Shown: positions 10,428-20,232 of the stretch, piece after piece
Layout: each line of letters opens with the position of its first letter
How positions within the stretch are numbered: the stretch's first letter is position 1
NCBI GenBank assembly: GCA_038245785.1
Contig: JBBRSB010000001.1
Location: 352,001-416,000, forward strand
Direction: 5' to 3'
Length of the DNA stretch: 64,000 nt
Origin: Gloeobacterales cyanobacterium
Lineage (GTDB): Bacteria > Cyanobacteriota > Cyanobacteriia > Gloeobacterales > PMM-0068
The notes under the pieces: model-generated
Databases searched by the model: none
What the model saw: only the letters and a program-made list of their open reading frames with translations
What the model was told of the DNA's origin: nothing
Translations under genes and position numbers: made by a program

Positions 10428-10727
10428 GATGTCCTCCTGAGAACTAATAATTTTGGTGTCCGCACGGTGCCCCTCTAGCGTCCCCTCATTCGTTGAGCAC
10501 CATTTAGGTCTATACCCGTCCGTTTTCTTCAGGGGGCAACTCTACCCTCATTATAGAACGGTAGATGTAGTTGGTTAATTCCCGAAATAGACTTTACTGG
10601 GTACTTTACGACGCTACATATGGATAGATAATCAGCGTACAACATAGTATTTGTCATGAAATACTAGCATACGCAAGAAAGTTTACGGGTTTACGACTGT
10701 TGTCTAGAGCACGGTTAGCTTCTAGAT

Positions 10728-11720
10728 CTAAAACTGCTTCAAGAAACGCTGGTCGCTATTGTACAAAAGCCGGATGTCGTCGATGCCGTAGAGTAACATA
10801 GCTAATCGCTCAATGCCCAGACCTGCGGCAAAGCCTTGGACTTTCTCAGGATCATAACCAACGGCTTTGAAGACATTTGGGTCTACCATCCCAGCGCCTA
10901 GGACTTCTAACCAGCGACCCCCAGATTTAGATTCCCACCAGATATCTACTTCCATGGAAGGCTCGGTAAAGGGGAAAAAGCTTGGGCGAAAACGGGTAGG
11001 ACGCTCTCCCAAAAGCTCTTCTATAAAAATAGTCAGAGTTCCTTTGAGGTCTGTAAAGGTAATATCCTCATCCACGGCCAACACTTCTAATTGATGAAAG
11101 ATCGGATAGTGGCTGGCATCTACGGCATCTCTGCGGAATACGCGCCCAGAGCAGATCATACGGAATGGAGGTTCATTTTCTTCCATGTAGCGAATCTGAA
11201 TGGAAGAGGTTTGGGTCCGCAGGAGCTGACCATTAGGCAGATAGAGCGTATCCTGCATGTCCCTGGCTGGGTGGTCTGCTGGTGTATTCAAAGCTTCAAA
11301 GTTGTAATATTCCGTCTCCACTTCCGGTCCTGTAGCAGGAGAGTAGCCCAAGCCCACAAAAATATCCGTGATCCGGTCAATGGTTCCGAGAATAGGATGG
11401 ATACTGCCCTGGGGAATATAGACACCGGGCATCGTCACATCAAGGGCTTCTGCAGCCAGTTGGCTATTAAGTTTGGCCTCTTCTAAGGTCGCTTTGCGTT
11501 CCTGTAACTGCTCTTCGAATTCGTTTTTAATCTGGTTGGCCAAAGCGCCAATCACCGGACGCTCTTCTGCCGAAAGCTTGCCCATGCCTCCCAAGATCGC
11601 CGAAAGCTTCCCCTTTTTCCCCAGGTACTCAATACGTAGCGCTTCTAAAGCTTCCAAGTTAGGGGCTTCGGTAAGAGCAAGATGGGCTTCTTGGTGGAGT
11701 TGATTTAGTTGGTCTTTCAT
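10728..11720 (-). CDS. pheS: Phenylalanine-tRNA ligase alpha subunit
   Basis: [40 protein letters not shown]. Confidence 0.95.
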   Translation of the reverse strand: MKDQLNQLHQEAHLALTEAPNLEALEALRIEYLGKKGKLSAILGGMGKLSAEERPVIGALANQIKNEFEEQLQERKATLEEAKLNSQLAAEALDVTMPGVYIPQGSIHPILGTIDRITDIFVGLGYSPATGPEVETEYYNFEALNTPADHPARDMQDTLYLPNGQLLRTQTSSIQIRYMEENEPPFRMICSGRVFRRDAVDASHYPIFHQLEVLAVDEDITFTDLKGTLTIFIEELLGERPTRFRPSFFPFTEPSMEVDIWWESKSGGRWLEVLGAGMVDPNVFKAVGYDPEKVQGFAAGLGIERLAMLLYGIDDIRLLYNSDQRFLKQF

Positions 11721-11776
11721 GACACATCGCAGTCTACGTTCCCTATTGTCTCTCAAGGCTGCGGTTTTTGGCCCGA

Positions 11777-12648
11777 CTACCCCTTCAACGTTTTGGAAAA
11801 TAGTTCACTTAAGCGCTGGAGACCCATTATCTGGAGCAATGCGCACATCCAGGATGTTAAAGATTTCGCTCTCCTTCGCTAGGCGTAGGGCTTGATAAAA
11901 TTCTTCTCCTATTTTTATCACAAAGCCACGACCACCCGTTGTGACCTCAGCGTATCAACCTAGGGATACTTGAATAAGCAGAGGTATAGTTAGTTGAAAC
12001 AATCACAATGTAACTATAAGAAGAAGTTTCCAGTGACGTCTACCGTCCTGTATCCGTGCAACGGTGCTAGTAATGCTTACCTCTGGTAGACGGCGCTATG
12101 GTCTACGACCCCTCGGTCCATCCTGACTCTAAGGCTCTGCCTATAGAGCGAGGCTTCCGCGCTTTTAGCTAATTGCTCTGCCAGCGCTACGACTTGTTCC
12201 TGTAAGCCAAAGCGGTGGACCTCCGCACAGGCCAGAATGACCGGAGCTTTAGCCTGATTGAGCATTTTCAGCGTCTCGGCAACCGATTCTGCCAAAGGGC
12301 CTGACTCAGTTCGCTTCACGGGCGGCGGCAGATGCTCAGCTTCCTCAATTTCTGCATAAACCATATCGCGGGGAATTTCCAGATAGACCGGGCGCTTGAA
12401 GGTTATGGCATAGTCGATAGCCCGGTGGATCTTGCTTCTGCGGTTTTTGGGTTGTCGAGGATCTCTGCGTAGAGAGTAACTTCCTCGTACACGCGACGCT
12501 GGGTCTCGTGGGTCATCACAATTGGCTTGATCGGATTCTCCACCAGAGCATCGTAGAGCGTCAGGGCAAAATCACCAGGGATGCCAAAGGCATGTTGCAC
12601 ACCTTGCTGATACAAGAGTTCAAAGATATGCGGTGCTAGTTGAGGCAT
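11777..12648 (-). pseudogene. Fragmented thiamine-dependent alpha-keto-acid (indolepyruvate) decarboxylase
   Basis: N-terminal FGIPGDFAL..THE (12648-12500); middle PVYLEIPRDMV..PVILACAEVHRFGL; C-terminal GGRGFVIK..ILDVRIAPDNGSPALK* near 11940-11800; large deletions and frameshifts. Confidence 0.75.
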
Positions 12649-12944
12649 TTTGGTTACCTTCCCTAATCACTATGTTGATTCCGTGTGCCTATTGAAGAGG
12701 ATCATCAATTTTTTCTGGATGGACCACGAAATAGAGCTACACCTTCGATCATGAACGAATTAGACAAAAAATGCTGTTTTAGCAAAAAAGATACAAAATT
12801 TTGGGCCTAGTCTCTACCTTTGAAACCAAGATTCAATAGGAGATGAAGGAGTTAGAGGGAATGCTGAACCTGCCTCTAAATGCTTAAAATGCCAGCACTG
12901 TGCTAGCATGTCCATGGATGGTGCTTTTGATGCTGGAGGTCCTG

Positions 12945-13169
12945 ATGGCAACGCTTACGATTCGCAATGTGCCGGATGAATTGGTCGACCGCATTAAGCG
13001 GTTGGCTGGACAAAAGGGGGTTTCGATGGAGCAGGAAATCCGCGATTTGTTGCAAAGTCGTTATGAGAAGCGCAGTGTGGTGCTTGAGCGCATACGTCAG
13101 CGCTGGGAAACGTTGCCGCTTCAATCTGCCGAACCGATACAGGACTGGAAAGCGCAGGGACGCCCCTGA
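12945..13169 (+). CDS. FitA/VapB-like ribbon-helix-helix antitoxin
   Basis: MATLTIRNVPDELVDRIKRLA...SMEQEIRDLL; GGAGG RBS; upstream inverted repeat TGCCAGCA-CTG-TGCTAGCA. Confidence 0.85.
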   Translation: MATLTIRNVPDELVDRIKRLAGQKGVSMEQEIRDLLQSRYEKRSVVLERIRQRWETLPLQSAEPIQDWKAQGRP

Positions 13170-13171
13170 TA

Positions 13172-13561
13172 GTGATCGATACGATGGTATTTGCCTATGC
13201 TCTGCTACGGGTTGAGGATAAACATGAGCAAGCCCTTGCCGCGCTAGAAGGGACAGGGCAAATTATTGTGCCGGATTCGCTGTTTGTGGAGTTAGGGAAT
13301 GTGGTGTGGCAATGGATCCAGTTTCGGCAGTTGTCTCTGCAGGTTGGATTGGATGTGTTGGCAGATGCAGAGGCGTTGGTGGATAAGGTGGTTCCGATCG
13401 CCCGGATTCGGGAGATAGCGTTGGAGTTGGCCGTTCGGGCGGGGCATTCGTTTTACGACACGCTATTTATAGCAGCAGCCATTCAGGAGAAGACGCAACT
13501 GCTGACGTTTGACCGCAAGTTGGCAGCAAAGTTCCCCGACCAGGTGCGACTTTTAGAATAA
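13172..13561 (+). CDS. VapC-like PIN-domain toxin
   Basis: IDT..., E (FVELGN), SFYDTLF and LLTFD acidic PIN motifs. Confidence 0.85.
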   Translation: MIDTMVFAYALLRVEDKHEQALAALEGTGQIIVPDSLFVELGNVVWQWIQFRQLSLQVGLDVLADAEALVDKVVPIARIREIALELAVRAGHSFYDTLFIAAAIQEKTQLLTFDRKLAAKFPDQVRLLE

Positions 13562-13620
13562 TGATTTCTGTAGATAAATTTGCTGTGGCCAGGTGTCGCA
13601 GTCTCGCTTAACAACAAGGT

Positions 13621-14104
13621 CAGGTGCATCGCGTCTATTTGGATGAGTTAGGCGATATTGAACGGTTGCCGCTGGGAGTGGCTCCCTTCGGCTCCGCTCA
13701 GGGAGCAAGAGCCCCGCTGGCTGAGCGAAGTCGAAGCTAGCTCTTTACTGGAACGATCGCGGCAAGAGGAATCCCAAGAAGCGAGTCGGGCCATAATAGA
13801 GATGCTGACAACAATACTGGTTTACAAGTTCACAGATTTGGGCCGAAGGGAGGCAGAAGCGATGCTAGGGATTTCACTTGAAGAAACGCGGTTTTATCGG
13901 GAAGTCAAGGAAGAAGGACGAGAGGAAGAAGGCCAATCGCTAGTTCTGCGCCAATTAAATCGGCGGGTTGGAACATTGCCAGAATCTGTCACAAGCAAAA
14001 TTTCTGATCTGTCGATCGAGCAAATTGAATCTCTAGCTGAGGCATTGTTAGATTTTCAATCGATTGCTGATTTAGAGGCTTGGCTGGAGAATTTGCCAAA
14101 GTAA
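13621..14104 (+). pseudogene. 5'-truncated Rpn-like (DUF2887/DUF4351) gene with an intact C-terminal ORF at 13862-14104
   Basis: QVHRVYLDELGDIERLPLGVA, then frameshift or insertion, then LEETRFYREVKEEGREE..LVLRQLNRRVG..LAEALLDF..DLEAWL; nuclease N-terminus absent. Confidence 0.75.
13684..13737. repeat. REP-like palindromic insertion in the Rpn relic
   Basis: CTTCGGCTCCGCTCAG...CTGAGCGAAGTCGAAG imperfect inverted pair sits at the frameshift point. Confidence 0.6.
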
Positions 14105-14139
14105 GACTCGATTCCGTTTTGGCCTCGTTCTAACTAACG

Positions 14140-15195
14140 CTACCTCCGTCGGGAGCGTGCGGCCACCGCTAATTCTTCTAGCAAGACTTCGGTTTCTTCC
14201 CAAGCAATGCAGCTGTCGGTGATGCTTTGGCCATATTGCAGGGGTTTTCCAGGCTGGATGTCCTGACGACCGGCGAGCAAGTGACTTTCAATCATGATGC
14301 CGATGATGCGTCTATCTCCACCTGCGAGCTGAGTCGCCACATCGCGGCAGACCTCTGGCTGTTTATTGTAGTCTTTATGGCTATTGGCATGGCTACAATC
14401 AATCATCACACGCGCTTTTAGGCCCACTTTCTCTAGGTGCTCACTGACCTGTTGGACGTGCTCAGCAGAATAGTTGGTTGTGTTGCGACCGCCTCGGAGA
14501 ATGATGTGACAGTCTGGATTGCCGCTGGTGGTGAAAATAGCAGATTGACCCTTTTTAGTCTGGCCCAGGAAGCAGTGGGGGTGGGCCGCTGAGACAATCG
14601 CTTCGATGGCAATTTGTAAATTTCCAGAAGTCCCATTCTTAAAACCAATGGGGCAGGAAAGACCGGAGGCCAGTTCGCGGTGTACTTGGCTTTCGGTTGT
14701 GCGAGCACCAATCGCGCCCCAGCTAACTAAATCGGTGTAGTACTGTGGGGTCATCAAATCTAGAAATTCGGTACCAGCGGGTACACCCATCTCGGCTAGA
14801 TCTCGTAAGAGCTGACGGCCAATGCGCAGACCGTCATTAATTCGAAAACTGCCATCCAGGTATGGATCGTTGAGCAAACCCTTCCAGCCCACGGTGGTCC
14901 GAGGTTTCTCAAAATAGACGCGCATGATGATCAGCAGATCATCCGCCAGGCGATCATGGACTTTCTTGAGCCGCTGCGCATACTCACGGGCTGCCTCAGG
15001 ATCATGAATCGAGCAGGGACCGACCACAACCATCAGCCGATCATCTTCACCCTTAAGAATGCTTTGGATGTTCTTTCGCGTTGAGTGCACGGTCCAAGCG
15101 GCATCCTCGGTAAGCGGTAGTTCCTCAAGCAGGGCGGCTGGAGAGGTTACCACCTCGTTCCAACTAATACGCAAATCGTCCATATCAAATTTCAT
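14140..15195 (-). CDS. DAHP synthase (class I-alpha, AroF/G type)
   Basis: GPCSIHD, RVYFEKPRTTVGWKG, AIGARTTESQ, DCSHANS, YGQSITD. Confidence 0.93.
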   Translation of the reverse strand: MKFDMDDLRISWNEVVTSPAALLEELPLTEDAAWTVHSTRKNIQSILKGEDDRLMVVVGPCSIHDPEAAREYAQRLKKVHDRLADDLLIIMRVYFEKPRTTVGWKGLLNDPYLDGSFRINDGLRIGRQLLRDLAEMGVPAGTEFLDLMTPQYYTDLVSWGAIGARTTESQVHRELASGLSCPIGFKNGTSGNLQIAIEAIVSAAHPHCFLGQTKKGQSAIFTTSGNPDCHIILRGGRNTTNYSAEHVQQVSEHLEKVGLKARVMIDCSHANSHKDYNKQPEVCRDVATQLAGGDRRIIGIMIESHLLAGRQDIQPGKPLQYGQSITDSCIAWEETEVLLEELAVAARSRRR

Positions 15196-15425
15196 AGAGA
15201 ATCTGCCAGTTCAATGAACAAAGCGGAGAAAGCATAGCACACGGGGTGTACCCATGAAGAAGCGAACACAGATTTGCCAGAAACGCATCTCTGGAGAGGG
15301 CTCTGACTAGAGCTATACTAGCTCCCCCTGAGAATTAATTCCCTTTAGTTCGGTCGGCACAACTGCTTCAATAACGATACAATTTCACTGCATCGTAAAG
15401 GGTTAGGCCAGAGTTACCACTGAAA

Positions 15426-15932
15426 TCATTCACGCTTTGGATACTCGCCTGAATCTAAAGCTTCACGCAGCCTCTTATAAGTTGTTTCTGAATATTTGTT
15501 TACATTGCTTCTCATTCCTGTGCTAATGCATGTGTGATAGCGATGGTTATCGCGCAACTTAAAGAGCCTTATCATTGTTATTACATCATAAGAACGCACA
15601 CTCAATTTTTCGGCTAGTTGGGCACATGTATAAGTGTAGTAATCTTCTTTAGAAAGATGGATTTTGGAAAGTGCAATATCAGGATCATCAAGTTCAGTAG
15701 TCACTTTAAGGGCGGCATCCTCTGTTTCTCCATTGGCTAATGACTCAAACTGCCCTACAATCTTGTTAATGCTATTCTCCAGACGAGTAAGTTTATTAGT
15801 TAGGCGTTCATCAACAACTTCAGAAAGTATATTCCTGAGTCTGTCTTCAGACACCCCAATCATGTCATTATTTTCACGATTGAGGCGTGCCTGGCTCAGG
15901 GGAACAACAACATTATTTAACTCTAATGACAT
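15426..15932 (-). CDS. Hypothetical protein, coiled-coil plus probable C-terminal winged helix
   Basis: Long ORF with an AGGAG RBS, last gene of an AT-rich four-gene operon; YTCAQLAEKL..YS tail. Confidence 0.65.
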   Translation of the reverse strand: MSLELNNVVVPLSQARLNRENNDMIGVSEDRLRNILSEVVDERLTNKLTRLENSINKIVGQFESLANGETEDAALKVTTELDDPDIALSKIHLSKEDYYTYTCAQLAEKLSVRSYDVITMIRLFKLRDNHRYHTCISTGMRSNVNKYSETTYKRLREALDSGEYPKRE

Positions 15933-15943
15933 GTGCCAACTCC

Positions 15944-16219
15944 TTAGGCAATTGCAGAAGATTGAGATTTTTCATGGATACGTTCTCTTACTAGACTTTG
16001 AGTCTCAGAGGCGATAAATTCAAGATCATCTTGTGAAAGAACACTTCCTAGTTCCTCCTGTAAAATTGCCATTAATTTCTCTTTATTGAGGCAATTTTGA
16101 CTCTCGGCTAGCTGAGTTAAGTATTCCCCTAAATGTTCTCCAATATCTAATCCAGCAGAAATTTCAAAATCATCCTCAACCTGGAGCGCCCAGTTCATCC
16201 AATTTTGTTCAGTACTCAT
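15944..16219 (-). CDS. Acidic hypothetical protein (91 aa)
   Basis: AGGAG RBS, tight operon spacing. Confidence 0.65.
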   Translation of the reverse strand: MSTEQNWMNWALQVEDDFEISAGLDIGEHLGEYLTQLAESQNCLNKEKLMAILQEELGSVLSQDDLEFIASETQSLVRERIHEKSQSSAIA

Positions 16220-16239
16220 ATCCGTTTTTCTCCTTAATG

Positions 16240-16812
16240 CTACCTACTGAAATCCGACTTGCTGATAATATCTGTCGCTGTCTTCACAGAAAGTTCAAAG
16301 TAATTCAGGTTCTGCTTGGAAGGGTCAGGACCAAAATCTACTAGTTGAAGCTTTTTGTAGAACCCATGGGCTTTAGATAGTGCATGTAAACCCAGCCTTC
16401 CTTTATATTCTAAATCGATACTCCTTTGAATAGCGAAGGTTATCAAAGCGGTACCAACAGCCTTATACATTGGTCCTTCTGGCGAGGGTCGATTCCAAGG
16501 AGCTACAGCCAGAAAATCCACGTAGACTAGGCCTCTACCGTTCTCCAACCTAGAACGATAACGGTCTATTTCTAGGATCATCATTCCCTGCGTGATCCTG
16601 TCACACTCTAATGCATATAGTTCATAACTAGGTGCCCTTGGTACTGATGCTTTTTTCGTCCACTCCCAGTGGCTGTCTTGCTCATCAGAAGCTTGTAGTC
16701 TTGGTTTCCAGAAGGTCTCGAAATCAGCTAGGTGTTTGTCTGATATAGGAATCAAGTCTGCATTAACAACCTGTTGGTTCTTGACGTGAAAAATTTTGAC
16801 ACTTGCTTTCAA
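16240..16812 (-). CDS. GNAT-family acetyltransferase (toxin-like)
   Basis: LVYVDFLAVAPWNR...YKAVGTALI (acetyl-CoA loop), GRLGLHAL..GFY. Confidence 0.8.
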   Translation of the reverse strand: MKASVKIFHVKNQQVVNADLIPISDKHLADFETFWKPRLQASDEQDSHWEWTKKASVPRAPSYELYALECDRITQGMMILEIDRYRSRLENGRGLVYVDFLAVAPWNRPSPEGPMYKAVGTALITFAIQRSIDLEYKGRLGLHALSKAHGFYKKLQLVDFGPDPSKQNLNYFELSVKTATDIISKSDFSR

Positions 16813-16838
16813 GACAGATCCTTTCTATCTAGCAAAAG

Positions 16839-17048
16839 CTAGAAGAGTAAAACTTCAGATTTTTCTTTATCCAAAGACTCGACGTAGAACTTTTCCCCTT
16901 GTTCGATGCGCTGCTCAAGAACTGCCATCATCCTCAGAGCCTGCCGCAGAATGGCAGACTTACTCATTTCCTTTTTCTCGCTGAGTTCTGTGAGCAGCTC
17001 CAATTCGGATGACGACAGATTTAATGAAATTAACGTTTTCTTGTTCAA
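16839..17048 (-). CDS. CopG/RHH DNA-binding protein (probable antitoxin or regulator)
   Basis: ISLNLSSSELELLTELSEKKEMSKSAILRQAL. Confidence 0.75.
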   Translation of the reverse strand: MNKKTLISLNLSSSELELLTELSEKKEMSKSAILRQALRMMAVLEQRIEQGEKFYVESLDKEKSEVLLF

Positions 17049-17157
17049 ATTTTGTTGCCTCCAGACCTCGCACCTTCTATATATAATATATATTTTATAT
17101 ATCCGTCAAGGTGGAATCATTCCCTCCGGTGATAGATGTCCTCAGCTTTAGGCTGCG

Positions 17158-18609
17158 TCACCCACGACACAAATACTTCAGCAACGACACAATCTCATTC
17201 AGCGGTACCATCTGCTGAGAGCGGTCATTCATATTGCGTAGGGCAACGACACCGCTTTCGATTTCGCTAGGGCCGAGAATCAAAACATAGGTAATTTTCT
17301 TCTCATTGGCATAGCCCAGCTGCTTGCGCATCTCATTAGGGCTAAAAGGCTCATCCCCATAGAAAATTTCAGTGCGGATCCCTTCATGACGCAGTTGCTT
17401 CGTTAGATTCAAGCCGAGCGTAGCCGCTCCTGGATCGGTGAAGCGCGTTACCAGCACTTCAGAAATTGGAGGCACGGTTTGCAATAGATCCAGCATTTCC
17501 AGGGCGGTCAGCAAGCGGTCTAAGCCAAAAGAAGTGCCCACTGCAGGCAGGTCAATTTTGCCATCGGATAGGTCATGAATCAGACGGTCATAGCGTCCAC
17601 CACCGCCGATACTGCCTATATTTGCAGGTGTCACGGTTTCAAAAATCGTCCCGGTGTAATAATCCAATCCACGGGCCAATGTGAGGTCCACTTTGTAGTT
17701 TTGCTCTGGGACTTCATAGTCTTTCAGATGGCCCAGGACCTTCTCTAGGTCCTGAATTCCTGCGAGCGCTAGGGGAGATTCAACCAGCAGTTCTTGAGCC
17801 TGAGCTAAAACTTCGAGGGAATTTCCTTCCAGGCCAATTACCTTGAAGAGTTTTTCAACGGTCTCTTTTGCACAATTTTTGGCTAATAACTCCTGCTGGA
17901 CTTCTTCTGGAGTAGCCTTGTCCAACTTGTCCACCGCCGTCAGGGCCACTGCTTCTTGATTTTTAGGAATGCCCGACCATTGAATCAAACCCGTCAGTAA
18001 TTTGCGGTGATTCATCCGAATCGTGAAGGAGGGAAAACCAAGGCTGCTTAGGATTTCAGAACCAATAGCCACCAGTTCGGCTTCGACCAAGAGGCTTTCT
18101 GCCCCAATCACGTCTACATCGCACTGAAAAAACTCTCGATAGCGACCGGCACCCGGTCTATCGCCCCGCCACACGGGCTGTATTTGATAGCGCTTGAAGG
18201 GACGAGCCAATTTGCGTAGCTGACGCTTGCCCTTGGCGTCCGAAGGGTCTGGATAGGTTTGGTCGCCATACATGCCCATCACCCGTGAAAGAGGAACGGT
18301 CAGGTCATAGCGCAACGCGAGGCGTGACTCAGCCTCATTCAGGTAACTAACCAAGAAATTAGGTTCGTCCGTCTCCTGTTTCAAGGCCTCTCTCAGCTTC
18401 CCACTACTAATCACGTGATAAATCAGTTTTTCCCCTTCTTCGCCATATTTGCCCGCCAGCGTCTCCCAGCGCTCGATAGAAGGCGTTTCCAACGGTTCAA
18501 AACCATACTTGCGAAATACCTGCTTCATCCGGTCGATGACGTATTCCCGGCGATTCATCTCTTGGGGCAAAAAGTCGCGGGTGCCCCCCATAATCCCAAG
18601 TTCAGTCAT
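17158..18609 (-). CDS. hisS: Histidine-tRNA ligase
   Basis: GTRDFLP, LRYDLTVP, GRYREFFQCD, ARGLDYYTG, GGGGRYD. Confidence 0.95.
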   Translation of the reverse strand: MTELGIMGGTRDFLPQEMNRREYVIDRMKQVFRKYGFEPLETPSIERWETLAGKYGEEGEKLIYHVISSGKLREALKQETDEPNFLVSYLNEAESRLALRYDLTVPLSRVMGMYGDQTYPDPSDAKGKRQLRKLARPFKRYQIQPVWRGDRPGAGRYREFFQCDVDVIGAESLLVEAELVAIGSEILSSLGFPSFTIRMNHRKLLTGLIQWSGIPKNQEAVALTAVDKLDKATPEEVQQELLAKNCAKETVEKLFKVIGLEGNSLEVLAQAQELLVESPLALAGIQDLEKVLGHLKDYEVPEQNYKVDLTLARGLDYYTGTIFETVTPANIGSIGGGGRYDRLIHDLSDGKIDLPAVGTSFGLDRLLTALEMLDLLQTVPPISEVLVTRFTDPGAATLGLNLTKQLRHEGIRTEIFYGDEPFSPNEMRKQLGYANEKKITYVLILGPSEIESGVVALRNMNDRSQQMVPLNEIVSLLKYLCRG

Positions 18610-18729
18610 CGGTCCACTCAGTAGAAATCATGCACGCTCAATTGTAACGGGCGGAGTGTTCTGGATCAGTTTGCAAGACCTGAGTAATCCGATACCAGTA
18701 CACTAAGGAACACAGGGCTTTAATTATTT

Positions 18730-20232
18730 ATGTCTAATATCCCCTCTGAAGACCGCTTGCGCGTAGTTCGTACCAATATTGCTGCCGTGCAGGTGATTGT
18801 AGAAACCGTGGCTGGAACCCTCGGCCCAAAAGGCTTGGATGTGCTGCTGGTAGACGATTTGGGGCGGATCATTCTGACTAATGATGGGATTGAAATTTTA
18901 AGACAGCTCGATGCCCAACACCCCTGTGCCCGTCTGGTCATTCAAGCGATTGAAGCCCAGGAAACGGCTGTTGGCGATGGCACAACCACCGCTACGGTGA
19001 TGGCTGGAGCGCTGCTCGAATCCGCCCTTCTTGCCCTACAGAAAGGAGTCCCGGTTAATCCGATTCTTTCGGGAATGGTTAAAGCCTCGTCAGTAGCTGT
19101 TCGTGTATTGGAAGACATGTCCAAGCCTGTACCCTTGGACAGTCCACTCCTCCTCCAGACTGCCCTGATTGCGGCCCGTGGAGACGAAACCTTAGCTCAA
19201 TTAGTCGTAGAAGGCGTACGCACCTTGGGCCCTGAGAAACTGAAGGACCCCGAATTCCGATTGAGCAGCCTGATTGCTCCTCGCTTGGGGCAAACCAGTC
19301 AGCTGGTGGCAGGAACCGTTTTGAGTAAGCCAGCCCTAAATCCGCCCCTAATGGCCTGGGAAAAAACGGGTGGCATTTTGGTTGTGGCCGATGCCCTAGA
19401 GCCGGAAAGTTTGGACCCCCAAGCTTTGGGCACGGAAAGTGGCTTTAATCAGTATTTAGTGATCCAAAATCGTTTCCGCGAAGCCTTGCAGAATCTCTCT
19501 GGCAAAGGAATCGTAGTCCTCTTAGCGGAGAGAAGCATTGATCCCACTGCTTTAGAAGTTTTGAATCAGTTGGGAGTCCTTGCTTTTGAACGGGTCAGTC
19601 AGCGCGACTGGCGGCGGATTTGTCAATTTACTGGAGCCACACCGATCACGCGTACGGCGCTGGCCTCCAAAGATTTACCTTTAGGCAAAGCCCACGCCCG
19701 CTATTTGGGAGAACAGGCTCGTCTCCTTTTTACGGAAGGGGTTGGCGAACCGATGGTAACCCTTCAAGTTGGAGCCATCTCTGATGAAGTCCTCGCCGAG
19801 AATGTGCGGGTAACTACCGATAGTTGCGGAGCTGTACAGGCTGCTTTACACCAGGGCATTGTCGCAGGCGGTGGCGCGGCAGAAGTGGCCTGCCGTCCGG
19901 CTGTCCAAGAACTCCTAGACCAAACTCAAACCCTAGAACGATACGGAATCCAAGCAGTGCTAGAGGCGCTGAGTCGTCCCTTAGAGCAAATGCTCAGCAA
20001 TGCTGGCTATGCTCCCCTCGAGAAAATTGCTCAGGTTTTGGCCCAGCAACAAATGGAGCACAATCCACACCTAGGGATTGACCAAGAAACTGGGAATATC
20101 ACGGACCTCTGGAAGCTGGGGATCGTAGATCCAACGGAGGTCAAAACCCATGCACTTAAGGTAGCCTGTGAAATTGCAGGCCGCGTATTGCGGATCCAAA
20201 CTATTGTGCGCAAGCGGGAAGAATCTTCGTGA
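18730..20232 (+). CDS. Thermosome-like (group II/III) TCP-1/cpn60 chaperonin
   Basis: TLGPKGLDVLLVD, TNDG, GDGTTTATV, VAGGGAAEV, GIVDP..VK; no GroEL GGM tail and no adjacent groES. Confidence 0.85.
   Translation: MSNIPSEDRLRVVRTNIAAVQVIVETVAGTLGPKGLDVLLVDDLGRIILTNDGIEILRQLDAQHPCARLVIQAIEAQETAVGDGTTTATVMAGALLESALLALQKGVPVNPILSGMVKASSVAVRVLEDMSKPVPLDSPLLLQTALIAARGDETLAQLVVEGVRTLGPEKLKDPEFRLSSLIAPRLGQTSQLVAGTVLSKPALNPPLMAWEKTGGILVVADALEPESLDPQALGTESGFNQYLVIQNRFREALQNLSGKGIVVLLAERSIDPTALEVLNQLGVLAFERVSQRDWRRICQFTGATPITRTALASKDLPLGKAHARYLGEQARLLFTEGVGEPMVTLQVGAISDEVLAENVRVTTDSCGAVQAALHQGIVAGGGAAEVACRPAVQELLDQTQTLERYGIQAVLEALSRPLEQMLSNAGYAPLEKIAQVLAQQQMEHNPHLGIDQETGNITDLWKLGIVDPTEVKTHALKVACEIAGRVLRIQTIVRKREESS

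Noticed and set aside
10645..10666. Inverted repeat TAGTATTT-GTCATG-AAATACTA as an NtcA or LexA site
   Set aside because: The spacing does not fit GTA-N8-TAC or the cyanobacterial LexA box; it cannot be assigned.
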